A DNA stretch of 64,000 nucleotides from Antedon mediterranea (GCF_964355755.1 NC_092673.1:17977648-18041647), one strand, 5' to 3'; counted from the stretch's first letter, positions 1-12,850 are shown. Notes: a model not told the origin generated them from the letters alone. A program made the numbers and translations.

Positions 1-453
1 ACTTTAAGTCGAAAATTTTAGCCAAAAACAACAATTTTGCGTAATTAACAGGTAAATTAATTTGATTACATTACGTCTGGAAAATCGTCGCGAGCGAATG
101 ATAAACAAAGATTTCAAACCATTATGCATGATGCTAATTAGGATTGTTTACAACTCGTCACGGTTGAGAAGGTGTTTTGACACAGATCGCGAGGAAGTTT
201 TATGATTATGCATACAGAGTAGCCAAACATGCGCGTTGCATTATAAGATGTGTTTTGATCGAAAACTTTGACTGGAAGTCAAAGTTATTTTTTTAACAAA
301 AAAACGTCTGTATTTCAGTTAAATGATTGAATTTTTTCCGACTAATTTTTGGTGAAAGTTTAATAACTACTATGATACTTCAAAATGAACCACTTTTTTT
401 GGAAATCTTTTTTTAAATATTTTTTTGGAATTGGTCAAAGGGAGAATACATCT
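1..453. mobile_element. Right part of a Kolobok-like MITE (paralog of 46188-46723)
   Basis: Near-identical to 46278-46723; ends ...AATACATCT followed by TTAA. Confidence 0.6.
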
Positions 454-685
454 TTAAATTTCCAAGACTCGTTCATCATTTCATTTGTAATAATTTGCCT
501 TTATTATTTTAATATTGTTTATACCCTTTTCAGTATATTAACCAATATATCCACGACACTTTATTATTTTATTTAGTCATCAAAGCATGCATTATGAATT
601 AAAAAATATTACATAGTTATGTTCCAAAATCAATAAATCTTATAATGTACTAGCCCAATTATTTATTCTTTGCCGCAAGTACTTC

Positions 686-1257
686 CAGTGTTCTCCCCAG
701 GATTCATATCAAGCATCACGCTTCCCCCCCCCCCCCCCGATTTTTGGTAATTGACACCCTAGATGGCCGGAAATTCATGCTGAATGACACCTCTAGTTTG
801 GTCGGAAACGACACTTATAGTGCACTACCTACTTTTACGCGATAAGAAAACAATTTTTCGTTCATTACGAATGTCCGGGGGAAGTCCCCAATTTAAAAAA
901 GGCCTACTCATCAGTAGGACAACTCTAATTGGCCGGAAATGACACTTCATAGCGCGCTAGCAAACAGTAAAACGATCGTAGCCTACTTTTTCCGCGGGTA
1001 AACATACGCGATAAGAAACATTTTTTGCGTTCATTACAAACGTCAGGGGGAAGTCCCCAATGACAAAAAATAGGCCTACTCGTCAGTAGGACAACTCTAG
1101 TTGGCCGGAAATGACACTTAGCGCGCTAGCAAACTGCAGAATGATCGTACTGTAGCCTACTTTTTCCGCCGGTAAACATACCCGATAAGGGGGATTAGTT
1201 CCCGATGAAATACAGCCCGACTAGTCAGTAGGACACCTTTAGTTGGCCGGAAAGGAC
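686..1257. mobile_element. Truncated hAT-like non-autonomous element (left part; paralog of 48262-49936)
   Basis: Starts with the same CAGTGTTCTCCCCAGG terminus as 48262 and shares its internal repeats; no right terminal inverted repeat (TIR) found. Confidence 0.55.
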
Positions 1258-1917
1258 ATTTTTTTGTCTTTTATGGGCTCGTCCCACTTTTATTTCAGTT
1301 TGCAGTAAAAATTAAAAACAAAGGTCATGTTCTCCATTTTTCTTGTCACATGCAAGTGACGCGTACATATTTATGATTATTGTTAAAACTTGTTTTATTT
1401 TAATGACATAGTATATTTAAAAGTGAATAAAAAAAAAATTTACAATTATTAAAAACATTTACTTATGACATACATACAATACAAACATGCTGAATATTGC
1501 GGATTTCATATAAATTATTAAAATTGTCTAGAAACATAATCAAGGGTTACATTTAAAATCACTTGAAATAAAAAAGGGCTACACATTTATATTAAAACTT
1601 ATACAGCATATGTCACACAAATATAAAATACAATTGTAAATCATAGGGAGAGAGATCAATCAATCAATCAATCAATAATTTTTATTTCTCAAATAAAAAC
1701 AAAAAAAAACAGTTAACATTTTCTAAAAATAATAGATAATAAATGAGAAAAAGGGGTACCCCACAGGAAGCTTAAGCTTTAAAATGTGGGGTCCTGGCAA
1801 CATAATTAAAAGTAAGGTAAGGTAAGAAATATATATAATATATGATAATGAACATAAAAAGACATTTAACTTAACAAATGCAGTTATTATTTGACTTAAG
1901 ACAGATATATGATCAAC

Positions 1918-4866
1918 TTAAATAATAATAGTAGAAACAAGGTATTCATGTAGTTTGAACTTAAATGAAGATATAAAATTAATAATTTTAATTTCATCTG
2001 GTAAAGAATTCCAAATTTTTGGTCCTTGAAAAGTTATATCATGCTTGCCAACCTCCGTGTTAAAACAATCATAAGCATAATCAAATTTATTTCTGGTATT
2101 ATAATTATGAACTGAACTAAAAGTTTGAAAATAAGTATCAAAAATTCTGGGCAGTTGATTATGTTTGAATTTAAACATAAATAAAGCAACATTTTTTGTA
2201 AGTAAGTCGTAAATATTAAGTGTATTAGATAAGACAAAAAGAGGAGCAGAATGGTGGAGGTAATGAACATTATAAACTGATCTTAAAGCTCTTTTTTGCA
2301 AAATATAAATACGGTTTAAATTAATTTTTGAAGTAAAACCCCAAACGGTTATACCATAAATTAAATGTGGCAAAAAGAGTGATTTATAAATTAATAGTAA
2401 AACGGAGGAAGGCAAGGCATGTTTGAGTTTATTGAGGACACCGACCACTCTTGATAGTTTTAATGAAATTGTATTAATATGAGAAATAAAAGATAAGTAT
2501 TCGTCAATAAAAATGCCAAGAAATGTTGTTGCTTTAGTTCTTTCAATTTCGCTGATGCCGTAATATAATTTAGGAATGTTGGGGGGGATTAGTTTATTAA
2601 CTGAACGAAAAATAATAAATTTGGTTTTTTTAATATTTAACGAAAGCTTATTTGATTTTAACCAGTTTGCAATTTTAGTAAGTTCTTGATTCATTAAAAT
2701 AATAGCTTGGTAGATGTCCTTATGATTAATAAATAAACTTGTATCATCTGCAAACATAACAATTTCAGCACAATCACTAATATAATTTAAATCATTAATA
2801 AATAACAGAAATAAAAGCGGACCAAGGATGGATCCCTGTGGAACACCACACGAAACTGGCCGCAGCTCAGAGACAATATCATTGATTGATATATATTGAT
2901 GTCTGTTACTTAAATAATTTTCAAACCACTTAAGTGGTATACCTCTTATACCATAGAAACGTAACTTATTAATTAAAATATCATGAGAAATACAATCAAA
3001 AGCCTTTGACAGGTCAATAAAAACTCCTAAAGTAAATTGTTTATTGTCAATAGCAGACAAAATATTATGGATTGAATGATGGATGGCATGTATTGTAGAA
3101 TGTTGGGAACGAAAACCAAACTGAGAATTGCTGAGGATGTTAAACTTTGTAAGAAATGAAATAGTTTGATCATAAACTATTCTTTCAAGTAGTTTAGAAA
3201 TAGTTGGCAAGATGGAGATGGGCCTATAGTTATTGATATTTGAGACCTCACCACCTTTATGGATGGGTACAACTTTAGCAATTTTCATTGCATTTGGAAC
3301 CACACCCTTTACTAAAGACATGTTCATTATGAATGTTAGTGGTATAGCTAATGCCAATGGACATATCTTTAGTATATATGGACCAATGTTATCAAAACCA
3401 GGAGCTGTTGTTTTTAAATTATTTATGTATGTTACTAATTCTTGTTCACATACAGGTTTGAAAAATAATGATGAAGGAAAATTACCCTGAAGGAAATCAT
3501 TGTAAGGTTGAACATTGCCATTGAATGGAGTATTCGAAAAAGAATTTGCAATATTTGAGAAAAATGAATTAAAAGCTTCGGCTTTTTCTTTGTCATTTGT
3601 ATATTCACATTGACCATTTATTAGTTTAGCTGGGAATGAATTTTTCCTTTTTCTACCCATTACATTATTAATTTCGCGCCATGTACTTTTCATATCACCT
3701 TCACATTTACCAAATACATTGTTATAGTGCTCTTGTTTACTATATCTAATAATACTATTTAGTTTGTTTCTATAACAACAATATTTTTTCCAATGTGAAG
3801 GTGATGACGAAGCTTTATATCTAGCATACAGCTTTTGCCTGGTTTTGATTGACTTGGCTATACCTTCAGTTATCCAAGGTGATTTGAGCTTGTTTGCTCG
3901 AGTACGAATATTTTGCAGTGGAAAATGTCTGTTTATACAATCGTTAAGGATGTTATTAAAACTAGAAAAAGCTATGTTTACATCACTTTGTTCAAGTACT
4001 TCATTCCAGCTTATGTTATTTACATTTTCAATGAATTCTTGTTTAGATCTATCATTGTAAATACGTTTCTTAATGAATTTAGGTGGTTTTTTTTTAATAT
4101 GGAAGGATGAGTTAATACAAAATGTGGGAAAATGATCAGATAAATCGACAGTAAATATTCCGGATGTGAAAGAGGGATACAAGGATTCAATATTACAGTA
4201 GATATTATCAATAATAGTAGAGCTATGCAAGGTAATTCGGGTTGGATTAGTAATAACAGGCTGAAATGAATGACTGAAAATATTATCAATGTGATCCTGG
4301 ACATATTGATCAGTACTAAGAAGGTTGATGTTAAAATCACCAGCTAAGTATGCCATTTTTTTATCTTCATTAATAATTTTCATGACTGATGATAGGTCCA
4401 TATTTAAGGTGTTAGCGTTGGTGTCAGGTGGACGGTATATAATTCCAGCAATAATATTTTTACCAGAGTTATTCTCAATTTCAATAAAAATTGATTCAGC
4501 TGACGTAATTAGGCTTGAGAGATCATATCTCCTTTTAAAGGCAACATGAGTTGAAACGTATAGTGCAACGCCACCACCTTTTTTATGTTCCCTGTTATTT
4601 AAAATAAGGTTGTAATTTGGAATGCTTAGAAGATTGGTGTCGGTAGAATCCTTAATCCAAGTTTCAGTAAGGGCAAGTAGAGTAAAACTATGATTTAAGG
4701 ACTGAATAAAGTTACAAAATTTATCAAACTTATTATTTAAACTTCTACAATTTAGATTTAATATTGAAAAGTTAGATGACGTTTCAGAACTATATATAGT
4801 ATTAAACAAATCTATATCATAATAACTTGAGCAATGATTGCAATCACCATTGACATTATTTTGCAT
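1918..4866 (-). CDS. LINE ORF2: APE endonuclease plus reverse transcriptase, 982 aa, open
   Basis: APE motifs (LNCRSL, LTETW, GDFN, IDNI, SDHFP); RT motifs (NYRPISIL, QFGFR, DLSKAFD, GVPQGSILGPLLF, FADDT, FLG). Confidence 0.95.
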   Translation of the reverse strand: MQNNVNGDCNHCSSYYDIDLFNTIYSSETSSNFSILNLNCRSLNNKFDKFCNFIQSLNHSFTLLALTETWIKDSTDTNLLSIPNYNLILNNREHKKGGGVALYVSTHVAFKRRYDLSSLITSAESIFIEIENNSGKNIIAGIIYRPPDTNANTLNMDLSSVMKIINEDKKMAYLAGDFNINLLSTDQYVQDHIDNIFSHSFQPVITNPTRITLHSSTIIDNIYCNIESLYPSFTSGIFTVDLSDHFPTFCINSSFHIKKKPPKFIKKRIYNDRSKQEFIENVNNISWNEVLEQSDVNIAFSSFNNILNDCINRHFPLQNIRTRANKLKSPWITEGIAKSIKTRQKLYARYKASSSPSHWKKYCCYRNKLNSIIRYSKQEHYNNVFGKCEGDMKSTWREINNVMGRKRKNSFPAKLINGQCEYTNDKEKAEAFNSFFSNIANSFSNTPFNGNVQPYNDFLQGNFPSSLFFKPVCEQELVTYINNLKTTAPGFDNIGPYILKICPLALAIPLTFIMNMSLVKGVVPNAMKIAKVVPIHKGGEVSNINNYRPISILPTISKLLERIVYDQTISFLTKFNILSNSQFGFRSQHSTIHAIHHSIHNILSAIDNKQFTLGVFIDLSKAFDCISHDILINKLRFYGIRGIPLKWFENYLSNRHQYISINDIVSELRPVSCGVPQGSILGPLLFLLFINDLNYISDCAEIVMFADDTSLFINHKDIYQAIILMNQELTKIANWLKSNKLSLNIKKTKFIIFRSVNKLIPPNIPKLYYGISEIERTKATTFLGIFIDEYLSFISHINTISLKLSRVVGVLNKLKHALPSSVLLLIYKSLFLPHLIYGITVWGFTSKINLNRIYILQKRALRSVYNVHYLHHSAPLFVLSNTLNIYDLLTKNVALFMFKFKHNQLPRIFDTYFQTFSSVHNYNTRNKFDYAYDCFNTEVGKHDITFQGPKIWNSLPDEIKIINFISSFKFKLHEYLVSTIII

Positions 4867-5060
4867 TGGAGTAAGTTAAAGACAAAAATAAAATTGAAAA
4901 AGAACAAAAAACAAATACCGTACAACTATAAGTATCAAAGCAAATCGACTTGTACTAAGTAATACGCACATGTATATTTGCCTAATTGGTAACTATGTGT
5001 GACAGCCGTCGCTCCATCAATAACAGCTAATGAACAGTACCGGTAAAGCCTTGCATCAAA

Positions 5061-5853
5061 CTACTTGTATAATTTTCCGTTTATGAACAGACTACCTTTG
5101 CGAAAGACCGGTTTATTTCCTTCCTTCCTTCCATGCCTTATGCATTACGTCACGGAGAGCTCTCTTCTTGGCTATATCAACAGCTGGTAAATCTTCCAGA
5201 ACAAACACATTCCCACCTTCCTTTGTTGTTGATTTTGCCTTTTTAAAAACAAGATGGCGCTCAGGTCGGTAAACAAACTTAGCGATGATGTGTCTGGGCT
5301 TATCATTCACAGACTTAGGATGTTTCCCTGTGCGATGTGCTAGTTCGATATTAATATCAGGTAGGTCCAGCTTATTTGTTATGTACTCTTTTAAGATGTC
5401 ATGCACATTTTCACCTTTACTTTCAGGAAGGCCTCCAAAACGCAGGTTAAAACTTCGGGAATAGCGTTCTAAGTTAATAATCTCCGTTTCTAGTCTCTCA
5501 ATAGTCGGTTTCATGTTAGTAGATATTTCAGTAGTCAAATGTAATACTTTGGTGGTAAGATCCATGTTTTTCTCTTCCAGTTCACTGATCAGTTTAGATG
5601 TATATGTAACCGATTTCTCCATATCTATTTGGCGAACTTCCATTGCTTCCACTCGTTCAATCAACTTATCCTGCTTATAAAGTAAGGTATCCAGCCGTCC
5701 ACTCAGTTTGTCAGTTAGCGTAACGATATCCTGTCTCAGAAGGTCAAGCCCTGTGCTAAGATCCAATTGTTGCTAAGGTATTTCAGCCTCGGTGGTAGGC
5801 CCAGGATTGTTTTTATTTTTACGAAGATTTGGGCGATTTGATGGTGTCGACAT
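5061..5853 (-). pseudogene. LINE ORF1 (coiled coil plus L1-ORF1-type RRM), disrupted
   Basis: LERYSRSFNLRFGGLPE...IELAHR...PRHIIAKF motif. ATG at 5853 is in frame but followed by TAG near 5775; a 4-bp GGAA duplication near 5120 shifts off the C-terminus KPVFRKGSLFINGKLYK*. Confidence 0.8.
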
Positions 5854-6539
5854 TATAAATAATACGTTTAAGTGATATAATTTCAATAGAATACGAATAA
5901 ATCAGTAGTATGGAGATAGCTGAAAAGTGAATTAGGTAATTTCGGAGCTACGGTTTTCTACTGCTTACCTTACCATCACAACGTTACAACGTTACTACTA
6001 CTACTATAATTTTAAACCGGAACCCCCCTTTAATGTTCATGCTCGACTCATTATAGAGGAGATCGGGCCTCCAGCCCTTGTAACCAAACATTTTTAAAAA
6101 CCCATAAAAAAGGTAAAAAAGAATTGACAAGCAGAGAGTCGACCCCTGCAACCCTGCCTCTAGGCCTATACCCTCATCAATACACCACCGATCCATCCAG
6201 CTTGTTTGATCGAATCAGGTTTTACTTTATATAATATGAATAGAGAACAAATGTATTATGTAAGCATTTTAACCAACCAATCAGAACTGAGTTGACGTTG
6301 TTTCTATACTGGTGTCACCACATAACAAACAGGCCTTCTATGGGGTTTCCCTGATCTCACAACATTCAAACACAGTGTTGTGGTCTTTCATTTTCAGAAA
6401 ACACAGTCTTTCATTTTCATGATGTATTAAATAACTACAATGCACTGTAAAGTTTGATGTGATGTGTAAAAAATGACTAAACTTTTCTATTTAATAATGA
6501 AATTTGTTTTAACAATTTGAGAACTTGGAATGCACATAG

Positions 6540-8302
6540 CAGGGGCGGATGCAGGATTTTGTGAGAGGGGGGGGGGGCAACTGTAGAAAGTCCACACCAA
6601 CTCAGCCCCACCATGGTTGGGGCTGAGGTGAGGCGATTTTGAAAATGTTACACATCTTGGTCGGAAATGGCACTCTCACGTTAAATAAATGTAAACAAAA
6701 ATTGATATTTTAAATATGAAAACTGAGGTACTAGCCTATTAAAGGGTAACATTTTCCCTATAGGCCTATTTTGAGTAAAAGCGTCACAACAGGGCATTTC
6801 GCGCAAGTCAGCGTTTGCACGTACATGGCGGAAAAAGGTGCTTGTCCAGGGCCGTCGACAGGAACTGTGGCGAAGCGAACTTTGTTAAATGACGCCCCAG
6901 ATGGCCGGAATAAAATGATACGCTCGCACATAAAATTCATGATAAATGGCACCTCTAATTTGCAGGAAAAGACACTCTTATATGTAGCATGCTACTTTTT
7001 CCCTCCAATAAACACACGTGACTAATTACAGGACGATATAACATTTTGTATTTTGTTTTGATTGTGTTGCGTTTGTTACATGCAAGGCACAAACAGAAGA
7101 TAGGCAATACAATGGATAAGTTATATACTCTAGTCTACGTTTTATTCTTCAAACAGAAAAGCAAAAGATAACAAAATCAATTAAAATGATTATAAAGATA
7201 AAGATTAATTAATAATATAAAATAATTATCAAAGTATAAGATGGTGGTAACACACAATCAAAATACATAAAGAAATTCAAGCCCAAGGCTAATATAAAGC
7301 TTTACTTCAGTTGTTCAAAACAGTCAAACAGACTCCTAGATACTTCAATAGACTTTAACAGCATTTAGTTTAGCTATGTCAGTATTCGTATTAGGACTGA
7401 TTAAATATGGTTAATGTACCACTATTTATATTCTTATGCAGGATATGTGGGGTGATCATAATGATCTCATCAAATAACTTAAAGATGATGAAATTGGTTT
7501 TAAGATGAAATTAAAATGACATCATCTTAGTATGAAGTTGTTGTAACAATTTCCTTATATGGAATATCAAACAAGTGTCTCTGACAACTTGAGTTATGAG
7601 CAGTCTCATAGGTACAATTACTAACAACCTGGTTACTGAACTTTGGTCTAGTCTACAACCAATATAATATATACAGTACAATACTACCGTATGGTAAAGT
7701 GATAATAATATACTAGTATAAATGTATCTCCTAACACATTCAAGTTCAAATGCGAACGTATATCTAATTTAATGCTTAATATAGCTCAATATTTATTTAC
7801 ATCAATTTGTTGAAGAAATTAAATATATAAATAGGTATTGATACAGTTGGGTGGGTGGCCTAGAAAAAAAATCGGTTGCTATACTGTATACTACAGTACA
7901 CAGTTACCACAGTTATTGTACTATTATTAACATATCCTATGATGATGATCTGTAGGTAACCACGGCGTTCCATTTTTGAGTATATACACTTTTATTTATG
8001 CTTGCTGACTGCCAGCGATCTAAACAATAGGTAGGCCTACGCGGTTATATGGCGGTGTCCTTTGTACGAATCGTTCGAGTATGGGTACGATACACGCGTC
8101 AATATCATGTTACATCCAGGGAAAATGCGTCTTGGGTACGTGAAAACAGGAAATTCATTTCACAACTCTTAGAAATTTAAAGACAGCAACAGCAATGGTG
8201 ACCTCTTTCCTTATGGTAGGATAATTTTTTTTATCCAGATTTATAAGGGGGGGGGGGGAAGAAGGCGTAAGGAGGGTGCACCCCCGTCTAGATCCGCCAC
8301 TG
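6540..8302. mobile_element. Non-autonomous DNA transposon with imperfect CAG-type TIRs
   Basis: Termini CAGGGGCGGATGCAG and CTAGATCCGCCACTG, flanked on both sides by CATAG (possible 5-bp TSD); no coding capacity. Confidence 0.55.
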
Positions 8303-8390
8303 CATAGAATATGATGATGGACCTATCTAATTTATAGGTCCATGGTATGATAAAGAAATTGGTACACTATTTAAAAAGTGTAATAAGGGA

Positions 8391-10320
8391 TCATCTCACA
8401 GTGTGTTGATTGACTTGGTACTGTAGACCATGCACTGTGGCTGCTGTGTACAATCTCACAGTGTGTTGATTGACTTGGTACTGTACACCATGCACTGTGG
8501 CTGCTGTGTACAATCTCACAGTGTGTTGATTGACTTGGTACTGTACACCATGCACTGTGGGTGCTGTGTACAATCTCACAGTGTGTTGATTGACTTGGTA
8601 CTGTAGACCATGCACTGTGGATGCTGTGTACAATCTCGCAGTGTGTTGATTGACTTGGTACTGTACACCATGCACTGTGGCTGCTGTGTACAATCTCACA
8701 GTGTGTTGATTGACTTGGTGCTGTACACCATGCACTGTGACTGCTGTGTACAATCTCACAGTGTGTTGATTGACTTGGTACTGTACACCATGCACTGTGG
8801 CTGCTGTGTACAATCTCACAGTGTGTTGATTGACTTAGTACTATACACCATGCACTGTGGCTGCTGTGTACAATCTCACAGTGTGTTGATTGACTTGGTA
8901 CTGTACACCATGCACTGTGGCTGCTGTGTACAATCTCACAGTGTGTTGATTGACTTGGTACTGTACACCATTCACTGTGGCTGCTGTGTACAATCTCACA
9001 GTGTGTTGATTGACTTGGTACTGTACACCATGCACTGTGGCTGCTGTGTACAATCTCACAGTGTGTTGATTGACTTGGTACTGTAGACCATGCACTGTGG
9101 CTGCTGTGTACAATCTCACAGTGTGTTGATTGACTTGGTACTGTAGACCATTCACTGTGGCTGCTGTGTACAATCTCACAGTGTGTTGATTGACTTGGTA
9201 CTGTACACCATGCACTGTGGCTGTACAATCTCACAGTGTGTTGATTGACTTGGTACTGTACACCATGCACTGTGGCTGTACAATCTCACAGTGTGTTGAT
9301 TGACTTGGTACTGTAGAACATGCACTGTGGCTGCTGTGTACAATCTCACAGTGTGTTGATTGACTTGGTACTGCTGTGTACAATCTCACAGTGTGTTGAT
9401 TGACTTGGTACTGTACACCATGCACTGTGGGTGCTGTGTACAATCTCACAGTGTGTTGATTGACTTGGTACTGTAGACCATGTACTGTGGATGCTGTTTA
9501 CAATCTCACAGTGTGTTGATTGACTTGGTACTGTACACCATGCACTGTGGCTGCTGTGTACAATCTCACAGTGTGTTGATTGACTTGGTGCTGTACACCA
9601 TGCACTGTGACTGCTGTGTACAATCTCACAGTGTGTTGATTGACTTGGTACTGTACACCATGCACTGTGGCTGCTGTGTACAATCTCACAGTGTGTTGAT
9701 TGACTTGGTACTATATACCATGCACTGTGGCTGCTGTGTACAATCTCACAGTGTGTTGATTGACTTGGTACTGTACACCATGCACTGTGGCTGCTGTGTA
9801 CAATCTCACAGTGTGTTAATTGACTTGGTACTGTACACCATGCACTGTGGCTGCTGTGTACAATCTCACAGTGTGTTGATTGACTTGGTACTGTACACCA
9901 TGCACTGTGGCTGCTGTGTACAATCTCACAGTGTGTTGATTGACTTGGTACTGTACACCATGCACTGTGGCTGCTGTGTACAATCTCACAGTGTCTTGAT
10001 TGACTTGGTACTGTACACCATGCACTGTGGCTGTACAATCTCACAGTGTCTTGATTGACTTGGGACTGTACACCATGCACTGTGGCTGCTGTGTACTACA
10101 ATCTAACAGTGTGTTGATTGACTTGGTACTGTACACCATGCACTGTGGCTGCTGTGTACAATCTCACAGTGTGTTGATTGACTTGGTACTGTACACCATG
10201 CACTGTGGCTGCTGTGTACAATCTCACAGTGTGTTGATTGACTTGGTACTGTACAACATGCACTGTGGCTGCTGTGTACAATCTAACAGTGTGTTGATTG
10301 ACTTGGTACTGTAGACCATG
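8391..10320. repeat. 60-bp tandem satellite, left block
   Basis: Unit GTGTGTTGATTGACTTGGTACTGTACACCATGCACTGTGGCTGCTGTGTACAATCTCACA, about 32 copies. Confidence 0.98.
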
Positions 10321-10518
10321 AGTAGTAGTAGTCCTACTTCAGACCCGACCTTGGTGTATTTCCTGATTACGTAATATCCGCCAGGTGTTTCTAATGTGAG
10401 GATACTGTTGTTGTTCCAGGCAGTGATATAGATGATCGTTACACGGATAGTCAGTCGTGGTTATAACAATGGTTAACAATAGGGATAGTATAAGACAATA
10501 GAGTATATCATTTCACTA

Positions 10519-11480
10519 GAATTGTTATATAGATTTGTTATATATTAATATACATTATAATATAAAATTAATAAATATTAAATAAAAATGATATGGTAAT
10601 TTAGTTGCTTGTGATGAGAACAAAATGGTTTACAATGGTTGAAGTCAATAGATGTTATGTTTCGGATTATAATACAATGGTTAACATAGGGTAAGGAAGT
10701 GAGACAATATAGTTTTTGTAAGATTTGAATTAGTCAGAGTCAATAAAGATGCACCTGGTTAATTAAAACTAGTTAATTGAGGTTTTTGCTTGATCTAAGC
10801 CGACATAATCCAAAGACATAAGTTTTTCGATCCGGATATTATAACAATGACTAAAACAAAAAGATAAGAATGAATGAAGTTAAATAATAAGTATGTCTTG
10901 ATTGAACTATACCGACAGGTAATTAACCATCTTCCGGATTTGTTAACAAAGGGGATAAATCGAAAGCAGTGACACGGGGGTGTTTGACATACTAAAGTTT
11001 AATGTGTGACGTCATGATGTTAGTTTCACTATTTTTGATGATTTTTGTTTTCCAATGTTTAGTTTTATTTTCATTTAAATTGGTTACGTTTACGAAAAGA
11101 TTTCTTTGTTTCCTTTTAAAATAAAACAAAAAGTGGGTAAAGAGGGAATTGTTATATAGAATTGTTATATATTAATATACATTATAATATAAAATTATTA
11201 AATAATAAATAAAAAATATTTGGTGATGATTTAGTCGTTTGTGATGAGAACAAATGGTATACAATGGTTGAAGTCAATAGGTGTTATGTTTCGGATATAA
11301 TATTACAATGGTTAACATTGGGTAAGGAAGTAAAAGATTGTTGTAAGATTTGAATTAGTCATGTACTTGGCGGTATTTTTAAAAAGGGGTACAATAAAAG
11401 ATGCTCCTGGTTTAATTAAAACAACGTAACAACATAAGTTATTTGATCAGGATATTATAACAATGACTAAAACAAAAAGT
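10519..11480 (+). repeat. Diverged ~340-bp direct repeat in the subterminal region (about 10519-10862 vs 11146-11478)
   Basis: Shared blocks GAATTGTTATATAGA...GTGATGAGAACAAA...GGATATTATAACAATGACTAAAACAAAA; mirrored in the right arm. Confidence 0.8.
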
Positions 11481-11976
11481 TAAGAGAATTTAGTACAGTT
11501 TTCATCAGTATGAACTTCTACAAACCAACAGCTGATTACGCCGATTCTAAAATAGCTGATAAGGCTAAGGCTAGTATGCAGCGAGTTATGAGAAAACGGT
11601 TTGATCTTTGATGATTTTGGATCGGACATTTTTTAAATTGAATGACATTGGGGAAGCTACTTAATGAAACAAAAGATACACGGCGCTTCGACACAATGTT
11701 CCGACAGGAAATACAACAATGACAATTGGCTGAAACAAATTTGGTAAATGCCGAATGTAATCCTTTGACTGTATATAACTCTCGAATATTTTGTAATATT
11801 TACCTCATTCTACAACGCTACAGAGCTCGACAAGACAGACAAAAAAAAAAACAACAACTAGTTACTATGGGTTCCGTGATTGAAATCAATGATCTTACTA
11901 TGGACTCTGATGTCGAAGAAGATGTTATATATATATAAGCAGTGATTCAGAATTTGAAGACGAAGACATACTAGCT

Positions 11977-12597
11977 ATGACTGGTGCCTATTTTACAGCA
12001 GAGGAGGAGGAAGAGATGAGGGAAGAGATGGGGGATATGACGTGTTTAATGGCGATTCAACCCCCACCTCCAATGAACGTTGATTTCAATAATGTATCTA
12101 ATACTGAAGAAGACGAACATTATATATCGAGAATAATTTCTGAAGAGGAGAGGATTGTATACGACGACACGTCATCGGTAGTTGACTACCACCTATTTCT
12201 GGCAAGAAAAGCCGATGTAGAAGATGAGGTAGAAGATGGGGTGTTTGCGGAAGAGTACCTGAACCCTGTGCTGGAGGCGGAGATTAAGAAAGAAACTACC
12301 GAACTTGAGTACAAAGAAATAATGAGAACAATTGAGAAGGTTTTCATAGAAGAATTTATATTCATTCTGAAGGACATGGTTGAACGTTATAACTTTCACG
12401 GCTCAAGATATGAACAACTCCTAACATTTTTTCGACCAATTCTGGCATTGAAACTTGTGGACAATAGCGCTACCCATTTTGAATGGGCGCTAAACTACTT
12501 TCATTTACGTTGTATAAATGTTGATGCGTTCGCTAAAGCCATAAAGTTGATTACAAATGATTCAGAACTTTTTAATAAGATTCTTTACCAATTGTAA
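11977..12597 (+). CDS. Maverick accessory ORF of unknown function, acidic N-terminus (206 aa; probably about 242 aa from ATG 11867 before a TA slippage)
   Basis: Open frame, more GC-rich than its flanks; the upstream frame joins it if 2 nt of the (TA)n run at 11926-11937 are removed. Confidence 0.6.
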   Translation: MTGAYFTAEEEEEMREEMGDMTCLMAIQPPPPMNVDFNNVSNTEEDEHYISRIISEEERIVYDDTSSVVDYHLFLARKADVEDEVEDGVFAEEYLNPVLEAEIKKETTELEYKEIMRTIEKVFIEEFIFILKDMVERYNFHGSRYEQLLTFFRPILALKLVDNSATHFEWALNYFHLRCINVDAFAKAIKLITNDSELFNKILYQL

Positions 12598-12850
12598 TTT
12601 GTACAAATTTAAAAAAATATCTTAACACTTTTTTAATTAATGTTACATATTTTTATAATTCTTATTTCTTTTCGGTAAATTTATTATTATTATGGTTGTA
12701 AATTATATTGAAATAGAATATGTGTTAAAATAAAGGTTGTGGTTTTTCTTTTAATAGCAACAACAACGAAAATGAATTTGATCTTTGCGTGTTATTTAAG
12801 TATTTTATTTATTTTTTAAATTTTCATTTTGGTGAATGAGGGTAATAAGT

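Larger units (their letters stand above)
1656..5978 (-). mobile_element. Near full-length CR1/L2-group (Crack/Daphne-like) LINE
   Basis: ORF1 plus endonuclease-RT ORF2 on the minus strand; 3' end AATAAA followed by a (TTGA)n tail near 1656-1685; no clear TSD; 5' boundary approximate. Confidence 0.85.

Noticed and set aside
8371-10314. Long ORFs on both strands (HSAWCTVPSQSTHCEIV repeats)
   Set aside because: By-product of a 60-bp unit that lacks stops in several frames; no unique coding flanks or splice signals.
8391-10320. CRISPR-like regular array
   Set aside because: Pure tandem repeat with no unique spacers, no cas genes and a eukaryotic context.
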